Of a DNA stretch of 29,351 nt, positions 7,634 to 15,800 are shown in pieces. The translations under genes and the position numbers were made by a program. The number at the start of each line of letters is the position of its first letter. Position 1 is the stretch's first letter. Source of the stretch: Saprospiraceae bacterium (lineage in GTDB: Bacteria > Bacteroidota > Bacteroidia > Chitinophagales > Saprospiraceae); contig DATHZY010000283.1 of the NCBI GenBank assembly GCA_035458325.1, positions 1-29,351 on the forward strand. The letters are read 5' to 3'. The notes beneath the pieces are model-generated. The model saw nothing but the letters and a program-made list of their open reading frames with translations, made no database searches and had not been told where the DNA came from.

Positions 7634-10078
7634 ATGACGGTTTCCCTACTGTGGCTCAATGATTATCTCAAGCTTAACCTGACCCCGGAACAGATCAGTG
7701 ATGCCCTGACCTCGCTCGGCCTGGAGGTCGAAAAAATGGAAACGTGGGAATCGGTTAAAGGAGGCTTGAAGGGTGTCGTAGCCGGTAAAGTCCTGACTTG
7801 TGTCAAACATCCGGATGCCGATAGATTATCGGTCACTACTGTTGATGTTGGAGCATCTGTTCCATCCACTATAGTTTGTGGTGCCAGCAACATTGCCGCA
7901 GGCCAGACCGTCTGGGTCGCCCTGCCTGATACAGAATTGTATGATGCCACCGGTAAACCCTGGACCATCAAGGTTTCAAAGATCAGAGGCCTGGTGAGTG
8001 AAGGTATGATTTGCGCAGAAGATGAATTGGGGCTTGGCAGCAGTCATGATGGAATCATGATACTACCGGAGAATATTTCAGCGGGCACACTAGCCAGTGA
8101 ATACTATCAAATTACAGCTGATATACTTTTTGAAATTGGATTAACTCCAAATCGGTCAGATGCAACCTCCGTCATTGGAGTTGCCGCTGATCTGGCTGCA
8201 TTCCTGAGCGTCCAGGAAGACGTTTACCACCCGATAACCTGGCCGGAAATTCCTGAGATCATAAAGCCGGTTTCACCAATTCCTTTTAAAGTCAATGTGC
8301 GGAATACCCAGGCATGCCCGAGGTACACCGGTGTTTTGATTTCCGGGATAACGATTGGTCCTTCACCTGACTGGATGAAAAGGCGTCTTCAGGCTATCGG
8401 TGTCAAGTCAATCAATAACGTAGTGGACATCACCAATTTTGTCCTGCATGAAATAGGCCAGCCCCTGCATGCCTTTGATGCGGATAAGATAGAAGGACAC
8501 GAGATTATCGTCGAAACCAAACCTGCAGGAACGCCCTTCCTGGCGTTGGATAGCCAGTCCTATACGCTTCATGCGGAAGATCTGATGATCTGCGATGGGG
8601 ATGGATATCCCATGTGTATAGGCGGTGTGTATGGTGGACTGAATTCTGGCGTATCAGAAAACACAAAGACTATTTTTCTCGAAGCTGCCCATTTTAATGC
8701 TGGATCTGTAAGGCGGACAAGTATGCGTCACAATCTGAGGACTGAAGCAGCCAGGCGTTTTGAAAAGGGATCCGATCCTAATATCACCCTCAGGGCACTT
8801 GCCAGAGCGATTGACCTGATCAGTACCCATGCAGGAGGCACTGTGGCTTCTGATGTGTTTGATATTTATCCTCAGCCTGTGCTTCCGACTCGAGTGAATC
8901 TTTCCTTAAAAACCTTGAGTGAGAAAACCGGTGTGGCGTTCACTTCATCACAGGTAGAAAAGGTGTTGGAGGCACTTAATATGCCGTATGAAAGTAAAGA
9001 CGGTACCGCATGGTCTGTATCCGTTCCTACCAACAAGGCCGATGTGTTGAGAGAAATAGATGTCATCGAAGAAATACTTCGTGTGTTTGGATTTTCCAAT
9101 GTGCCCTTACCATCGCGGATGCATACCTCCATTGCCATCGAGCCCAGGTACAACGCACACAAACTCAGAAGACTTATCGGAAACTTCCTGGCTTCAAAGG
9201 GATTTCTGGAAACCATGAATATGTCTTTGACCCAACCGGCCTACTACAAGGGAGTTGATTGGACAGACAGCCGTCATTGGGTGACCATACACAATACTTC
9301 TAATGAGTCACTCAACCTGCTCAGGCCGGAGATGATTATCCCTACTTTAGAAACGGTCAAGAGGAATGTTAACCGGAAGCAAGAGGACCTTCGTCTTTTT
9401 GAATTTGGGAAGTCTTACAGGCAGGAAAATGAATTGCCACAGGAATCGGAGCATCTGGTCATCACCATGACCGGACAGCAGGAGCCATCAAGCTGGCAGA
9501 CCGGTGGGGGAAGAAGGGTGGACTTTTTTAGCCTGAAAGCTGTTGTGCATGCTCTCCTTATTCGGCTCGGGATAAAAAACTGGAAGGTTGAAAGTTTTAC
9601 GGAAAGCAGAGGCATGGAGTTTGGATTGCACTATAGTGCTGGAAATCTTGGTTTCCTGAGGTTCGGCAAGATTTCAGGACAACTCAGTAGCAGGTTTGAT
9701 GTCCGGCAAGAGTTATATGCGGCGGATTTTTTATTGGAACCATTGATTGCCCTGGCCAGCCGCTCTTCAACAATCTATGAGGAGCTCAACCGTTTTCCTG
9801 CGGTGATCAGGGATCTGGCGATTGTCATCGATGAAAGCACCAAGTATAGTGAGATTCAGCAGGTTGCAGTCGAAGCAGCAGGTGATTCCCTGACGCAGAT
9901 TGAGGTGTTTGATATCTACAAGAATGCGGACCAGCTGGGTGAGGGGAAGATGAGTGTAGCGCTGAGGTTTACCATTGAAAATAAAGAGGCCACCCTCTCC
10001 GACAAGGAGATTGACCTGTGGTTTAATAAAGTGCAGAAAGCACTGATAGCCGGGGTAAAGGCTGAAATCCGGAGGTAA
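7634..10078 (+). CDS. pheT: Phenylalanine--tRNA ligase beta subunit
   Basis: Starts MTVSLLWL. KHPDADRL and IVCGAxN (OB fold), GMICAEDELG, TPNRSDA, INNVVDITN, GQPLHAFD, RRFEKG, DLAIV...FDIY...S.ALRF (FDX-ACB domain). ATG 7634 is preferred over GTG 7601. Confidence 0.97.
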   Translation: MTVSLLWLNDYLKLNLTPEQISDALTSLGLEVEKMETWESVKGGLKGVVAGKVLTCVKHPDADRLSVTTVDVGASVPSTIVCGASNIAAGQTVWVALPDTELYDATGKPWTIKVSKIRGLVSEGMICAEDELGLGSSHDGIMILPENISAGTLASEYYQITADILFEIGLTPNRSDATSVIGVAADLAAFLSVQEDVYHPITWPEIPEIIKPVSPIPFKVNVRNTQACPRYTGVLISGITIGPSPDWMKRRLQAIGVKSINNVVDITNFVLHEIGQPLHAFDADKIEGHEIIVETKPAGTPFLALDSQSYTLHAEDLMICDGDGYPMCIGGVYGGLNSGVSENTKTIFLEAAHFNAGSVRRTSMRHNLRTEAARRFEKGSDPNITLRALARAIDLISTHAGGTVASDVFDIYPQPVLPTRVNLSLKTLSEKTGVAFTSSQVEKVLEALNMPYESKDGTAWSVSVPTNKADVLREIDVIEEILRVFGFSNVPLPSRMHTSIAIEPRYNAHKLRRLIGNFLASKGFLETMNMSLTQPAYYKGVDWTDSRHWVTIHNTSNESLNLLRPEMIIPTLETVKRNVNRKQEDLRLFEFGKSYRQENELPQESEHLVITMTGQQEPSSWQTGGGRRVDFFSLKAVVHALLIRLGIKNWKVESFTESRGMEFGLHYSAGNLGFLRFGKISGQLSSRFDVRQELYAADFLLEPLIALASRSSTIYEELNRFPAVIRDLAIVIDESTKYSEIQQVAVEAAGDSLTQIEVFDIYKNADQLGEGKMSVALRFTIENKEATLSDKEIDLWFNKVQKALIAGVKAEIRR

Positions 10079-10086
10079 TATCAAAA

Positions 10087-10138
10087 TCGAAACCAATTGT
10101 AGGGGTTCAATATTTTGAACCCCTACAATTGGTTTCGA
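10087..10138. repeat. Long palindrome with a GTAG-type REP-like core; possible terminator or RNA stem after pheT
   Basis: Perfect 24-bp inverted repeat (10087-10110 / 10115-10138) with a 4-nt loop TATT. The core is GTAGGGGTTCAATATTTTGAACCCCTAC. Confidence 0.85.
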
Positions 10139-10150
10139 GTTGGTCGGGTT

Positions 10151-10204
10151 CCTTAGATTCCTTTAGCCCCTTTAGCCCCTTTGGCCTCTTAAGCCTCTTC
10201 CGCC
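10151..10204 (+). repeat. Degenerate 9-nt tandem array (CCTTTAGCC-like, 6 units)
   Basis: ccttagatt cctttagcc cctttagcc cctttggcc tcttaagcc tcttccgcc. Confidence 0.75.
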
Positions 10205-10297
10205 TTTCTGCTGTTTAACCTTAAAAATCAAGTTGGTACACATAGATTTTAAACTATATCTATCTTTTTCCTACTTTCGCGTTATATTTAACGTACG

Positions 10298-10609
10298 ATG
10301 TATCATCCCAACGAGTTAATACAGGATATACAGGAAAGACTGGACCGGATGGTGCAGGACTATCGTGCTGCTATTGAGAAGAACAAAAAACTTGAAACTG
10401 AAAATAAATCATTGGCCCTTAGCCTGGAAGAGGCAATAAAACAACAGGAAACGCTTAGTAAAAGACTGGAGACTATAAACCAGGAATCATTGAGAGATAC
10501 AAAAGGATTAGATCAATGGAAGACGGAGACCCGAAAAGAAATCAGGGGGATCATGAAAGAAGTTGAAAAATGTATTCCACAGGTTGAATCCTTATTGGAG
10601 AATAAATAA
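10298..10609 (+). CDS. Coiled-coil protein upstream of zapA (ZapB-like)
   Basis: 103 aa, highly charged with heptad periodicity, ends 3 nt before zapA. Confidence 0.65.
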   Translation: MYHPNELIQDIQERLDRMVQDYRAAIEKNKKLETENKSLALSLEEAIKQQETLSKRLETINQESLRDTKGLDQWKTETRKEIRGIMKEVEKCIPQVESLLENK

Positions 10610-10612
10610 CCT

Positions 10613-10900
10613 ATGAATCGGATAGAAGCAAACATCGCCGGTACTAAAATCCCTCTCAAGGTTTCTGAAGAAGAGGAAGTGTATGTGACAAAAGCAATTG
10701 AAGAAATCAATGCCCGCATTAAACAGTATCAATCAGAATTTACCCAAAAGGATCTTCAGGATTGCATATTGATGGCCCTGCTCACCTACGCTGTCGATTA
10801 TCATAAAGTCCAGTCCAGGATGGTAGACGAAACCTCCTGGAATACATTGATTGATATCCGGAACCAATTACAGGTGCTGGAAGCTCACTCGCTGGATTAG
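10613..10900 (+). CDS. zapA: Cell division protein ZapA
   Basis: 95 aa. I..NIAG..IPL.V..EEE..V.KA...IN..I..Y...F..KD.QD...MALL, followed by a C-terminal coiled coil. Confidence 0.85.
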   Translation: MNRIEANIAGTKIPLKVSEEEEVYVTKAIEEINARIKQYQSEFTQKDLQDCILMALLTYAVDYHKVQSRMVDETSWNTLIDIRNQLQVLEAHSLD

Positions 10901-10978
10901 TCTTTACGCGCATTTCCCGATACCCACTTCTGCGCTGAGGCCGGCAAACCATATTGTTGACCTTAAATTTTATTGTAA

Positions 10979-12640
10979 ATGAACGTATTTATATTAGCCG
11001 GAGGACTAGGTGTTCTGGGGTTGATCATAGGATACCTCGTGGCCACGCTAGTGATCAAGGGGGGCAAGAAGCGTCTTCTTGAAGAAAGTAACCAGAAAGC
11101 AGACCTCGCTGTCCAGGAAGCCAGGCTCACCGCCAAGCGAATCGTGGATGAAGCTGAAATGAAGGCCGAGAAGGTGCTCTCTCAGGCAGATGCCAAGCAC
11201 GAAAGCATCAAGAACCGCAAAATCCAGGAGGCCAAAGAAAAGTACAACAGCCTCAAAGCACAGTTTGAAACTGAAAAAGCGCAACATAAGGTTGAATTGA
11301 AAGAGCGTGAGGTGGATGTTGTCAACAAGGAAAATGACCTTAAAATCAAGCAGGAAGCTATCAATGCTAAAGCGGAAAGTCTTGAAGTGAGGGAATCAGA
11401 GATCAAGGCTATCAAGGAAAACCTCGAAAAACAGATGAAGGTGGTGACCAAGCGAAAAGAAGAGCTTGATTTGTCTACTGAAAAAATCATCAAGGAGTTA
11501 GAGACCATTGCCAAGCTCACCGAAGCGCAGGCTAAAGATCAGCTCATCGAAGCTATCCGTAATAAAGCTGAAGCAGAAGCGATGGCTGTGGAGAAGGAAG
11601 CCGTAGCGAATGCCAAAGCAAATGCTGCCCGGGAAGCCAAGAAGATTGTCATCCAGACAATCCAGCGTATGTGTGCTGAGTATACGATTGAAAACACCGT
11701 CTCTGTATTCAACCTTGAATCCGATGACATCAAGGGTCAGATTATCGGTCGTGAAGGACGTAATATCCGTGCGCTGGAGGCTGCCACCGGTGCTGAAATC
11801 GTAGTGGATGATACTCCGGAAGCTATCGTGATCTCCAGTTTCGACCCGATCCGCCGTGAAATATGCCGTATCGCGCTCAAGCGCTTAGTGGCTGATGGCA
11901 GAATTCACCCTGCCCGTATTGAAGAGGTCGTAGCAAAGGTCAAGAAGCAAATGGATGAGCAAATCGTGGAAATCGGTGAGCGCGCTGTGATCGACCTGGA
12001 CATCCACGGACTCAATCCGTACCTCGTCAAGATGGTTGGACGTATGCGTTTCAGGTCATCTTATGGCCAGAACCTGCTCAAGCATAGTCTTGAGACAGCC
12101 CAGTTATGCGCCGTGATGGCAGCTGAGCTTGGCCTCAATCCAAAACAAGTTAAACTAGCCAAACGTGCCGGTCTCCTCCATGATATCGGTAAGGTTTCAG
12201 AAGAAGAATCAGAACTCTCCCACGCTATCCTCGGTATGCAGATATGCGAGAAACACGGTGAAATACCATTTGTGTGTAATGCGGTCGGAGCCCACCACGA
12301 TGAAATCGAGATGGATAATATCATCTCACCTATCGTCCAGGCTTGTGATGCAATCAGTGGCGCACGTCCTGGTGCACGCCGCGAAATCCTCGAAAGTTAT
12401 CTCAAGCGTATCGGCGATCTCGAAGACCTCGCGATGGGATTTGAAGGCGTTCAAAAAGCGTACGCACTGCAGGCTGGTAGAGAACTCCGCGTGATCGTGG
12501 AGAGCGATAAGGTCACAGATGAGTTTGTGGATGATCTCTCTTTCATGATCTCACAGAAGATCCAGAATGAAATGCAATATCCAGGCCAGGTGAAAGTGAC
12601 AGTAATTCGTGAGAAACGGGCTATCGCTTACGCACGGTAA
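10979..12640 (+). CDS. rny: Ribonuclease Y
   Basis: 553 aa. N-terminal TM anchor, long coiled coil, KH domain ([13 protein letters not shown]), HD domain ([32 protein letters not shown]), and C-terminal IQAGRE-like and [12 protein letters not shown] motifs. Confidence 0.97.
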   Translation: MNVFILAGGLGVLGLIIGYLVATLVIKGGKKRLLEESNQKADLAVQEARLTAKRIVDEAEMKAEKVLSQADAKHESIKNRKIQEAKEKYNSLKAQFETEKAQHKVELKEREVDVVNKENDLKIKQEAINAKAESLEVRESEIKAIKENLEKQMKVVTKRKEELDLSTEKIIKELETIAKLTEAQAKDQLIEAIRNKAEAEAMAVEKEAVANAKANAAREAKKIVIQTIQRMCAEYTIENTVSVFNLESDDIKGQIIGREGRNIRALEAATGAEIVVDDTPEAIVISSFDPIRREICRIALKRLVADGRIHPARIEEVVAKVKKQMDEQIVEIGERAVIDLDIHGLNPYLVKMVGRMRFRSSYGQNLLKHSLETAQLCAVMAAELGLNPKQVKLAKRAGLLHDIGKVSEEESELSHAILGMQICEKHGEIPFVCNAVGAHHDEIEMDNIISPIVQACDAISGARPGARREILESYLKRIGDLEDLAMGFEGVQKAYALQAGRELRVIVESDKVTDEFVDDLSFMISQKIQNEMQYPGQVKVTVIREKRAIAYAR

Positions 12641-12684
12641 TTTAATGTTTTCCTGAAGCTTTACAGAGCGAGGGTATAATAGAT

Positions 12685-12736
12685 AAAAGCCATTATCAGA
12701 TTCGATTATCGGACCTGGTAATGGCTTTTGTTTTTA
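12685..12736 (+). terminator. Intrinsic terminator after rny, probably bidirectional
   Basis: The stem AAAAGCCATTATCAG / CTGGTAATGGCTTTT has an inner extension and is followed by GTTTTT. It lies between the convergent rny and the T9SS cargo gene. Confidence 0.7.
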
Positions 12737-12889
12737 TGGTCAATATACTTGCTGCTATAATATTGCATTGCCCCGTTTCCTTCCTGATAAAACCCCTGAT
12801 ACCCACGAAGAGAAACAAGGGCAAGCAATACATGCATAAACCCCAATTTGCCAAAGCATTTTGAATACACACCATATCTCCAGCAGATA

Positions 12890-15800
12890 TTATCTGACCA
12901 GGGTGACATCACCTCTGAATGAACCTTCGGTACCATCTCTATACCTGACTCTTGCCCAATATGCAAATACAGCAGGATTCATGACCGTGTTTTTGAAACT
13001 GCCGTCCCACCCATCATTTTCTTCATTGGGTGGAAATTCAGTGTTGACAAACACCTGGTTTCCCCAGCGGTCAAAAATCTGGAGTTCATCGATCATCTCT
13101 ACATCCTTGTTACCATAGACTGTGAATATGTCGTTGATTCCGTCTGCATCAGGGGTGAAGACATTTGGGATATAGACATTCGGATCGGATTTCTCATCAA
13201 GTTGAAGGCTCGCTTGTGCCATACAACCATTCGTATCAATAGCAATAACTTTTATTTCCGTTTGCGCCGCCGGCTTTGTAATGGTCTGCTCAAGACAAAA
13301 ATCCTGGTTGCACTCAAACAATTCGTCAGGCAACCACAGGATCGTATCTAATGCCGTCAGTGGCACATTGACCTGTGCGCGTAGGGTGACAAACGCATCA
13401 CCGGATTGAATGACATCGGCTTGCAGTTCTATTTCTAATTTTTCGCTTCCGGGTACATTGAATTCCGATGTCCACACGCATCCGTTTTGTCCAGTGACGG
13501 TAACACTATACTGACCAGGCAGGATATCGTTTATATCTTCTGTGGTGGACCCATCTGACCAGCTAAAACTATTTCCGGATGGAGGTATGACCTCCAGATC
13601 GATACTTCCATTTGCTTCGCCACATAGTACAGGAGAAATGGTTTCGACTACCAGCAAATTGGCTGCTTGTTCGTATACTAAGTACATACCGGATGAAGAA
13701 CAATTCGATATATCGGTTACGGTAACAGCATAGGTGCCTGCCGGAATATTCACCAGGTCTTCGGAGGTAGCTCCGTTAGACCACAGGAACGTGTAAGTTC
13801 CGGAAGGGGCAATGGTTAAATTGATTGCCCCATTCGATTGAGTACATGAGGTGTTCGCTGATGGAATTGCAGATAACGAGAAGTTTGAATTTGTATTAGA
13901 CACCACAAGTGATGTAGCTGCACTGCAACCATTTATATCTGTAACGGTCACAGCATACGTACCAGGAAATAGTGTGGTCAGATCTTCAGTAGTTGCTCCA
14001 TTTGACCACGTAAACAAATAGGTTCCAACCGGCAGAATACTAAGTTCAATCTGTCCGTTGTTATTGCCGCAATTCGATGGGGTAATGGTAGATTCGATAA
14101 CAGGGCTGATTGTTAGATCCTCAATTGTAAAGGATGCGGTTGATGAGCATCCATTTATCTCCGAGACCGTAACAGTATAGTTACCTGGATCAAGGTTTGA
14201 TATATCCTGTGTGGTGTTTCCTGTTGACCATAGATAGGAATATGCACCGTTGGGAATGACGGAAAGATCAATGTTTCCATTAGCTCCATTACAATTTGTA
14301 TTTGCGGTGGTGGTTCCCAGGATGGTGATCGCTAAACCCTGATCATTCACATCAAAGCTGTCAACTTTGGCACAACCACCAATGCCAGTAACGGTTACCA
14401 CATACAAGCCGGAAGGAAGATTGTTAATGTCTTCAGTCGTTGCACCATTTGACCAGATAAAGACATTTCCCGCTGAAGGATTTATATTCAGTTCAATGGC
14501 GCCATTATTCATCCCGCAAGAGGAAGGTGTAATCAGTGATGTGATGGTAATATCTGGCGTGTTGTTGATGATGACAAAAGTTTCTGACGAGGAGCAGGAA
14601 GAAAGGTCGGTGATTAAAACAGTGAAGGTCCCGCTATCAAGATTGATCAGATCCTCCGTAGTAGCTCCATTAGACCAGGAGAAGGAATATACGCCTGGCG
14701 GTGAAACTGTCAGGTCAATAGCCCCATTCGGACCGATGCATGCTGTATTTGGGGTAAGTAAGGCAGAGGAGGTGAAATTGGTATTCAGGTTAGGGACAGT
14801 AAACGTATCCAAGACGGAGCATCCGCTCAGGGTGTCTGTGGTGGTTACACTATAGTTTCCGGGAAGTAGGTTGTGCACGTCTTCCGTGACGGAACCATTT
14901 GACCATTGGTATATCATATTGAGGTCAGGAATGATAGTGAGATCGATCGCCCCATTATTTGTTCCGCATATCGCTGGTGTGATATTCACATCCAGTGTGG
15001 GTAAGCTGGTATTGTTGCTGATCAGGAATGTATCTATCGAAGTGCAGGTAGAAATGTCGGTTACCGTGACGTAATAATAACCTGAAGAAAGACCTGATAT
15101 ATCTTCACTGACAGCTGTATTTGACCAGGTAAAGGTATAGGTACCCGGAGGGGAGACGGTCAGATCAATCGCACCATTGGGTGAGAGGCAGGATGTATTC
15201 GGTATGACAGAGCCGGAGGTGGTAAAGTTGGAATTCTGATTTAAAATAGAAAATGAATCGGTAGCTGCGCATCCGTTTGATGCTGTCACAGTAAGGCTGT
15301 AAATCCCTGCCCCCAGATTGTTGATATCTTCATTTGTACTACCTGTTGACCAAACAAATACGTTTCCATTTCCGGGGATGACAGTGACATCAATGGATCC
15401 ATCGTTGTTTCCGCAGGTCTCAGGGGAGGTTTCGGCTGTGATGGCGGGGAGGAGAAATGAGTCCGCAACAGCAAAGGTGGCTATGGAGGAGCAATTATTG
15501 ATATCGGATACTGTGACACCATATGATCCGGCGGCAAGCTGATCAATTTCCTCCGTGGTAGATCCATTAGTCCAAAGGAAAGTATAGGTCCCGGGAGGAG
15601 AGAGGATGAGGTCAATATTTCCATTCGGTAAACTGCATGACGTATTTGGGGTGACAATTCCTTCAAAGGAATAATCAGAACTCGTGTTTATGATAACAAA
15701 AGCCGAGGAGGCTGTGCAACCATCGTTGTTTGTTACTGTAATTCCATAAGTACCTCCTGTCAACTCGCTGATGTCTTCAGCCACCTCACCATTGGACCAT

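Noticed and set aside
7634-10078. pheT without an adjacent pheS as a sign of rearrangement or gene loss
   Set aside because: Separation of pheS and pheT is common in Bacteroidota, and pheT is intact with its own promoter-like element.
630-10138. IS element or MITE defined by the two long palindromes
   Set aside because: The two elements are unrelated internally, no transposase or RAYT gene is in the window, and I saw no target-site duplications. They are kept only as REP-like repeats.
12706-12966. 86-aa minus-strand ORF (and a 47-aa plus-strand ORF at 12721-12864) downstream of the SprB-like gene, considered as a PorP/SprF remnant
   Set aside because: They overlap the terminator and/or the cargo gene end and show no beta-barrel pattern.
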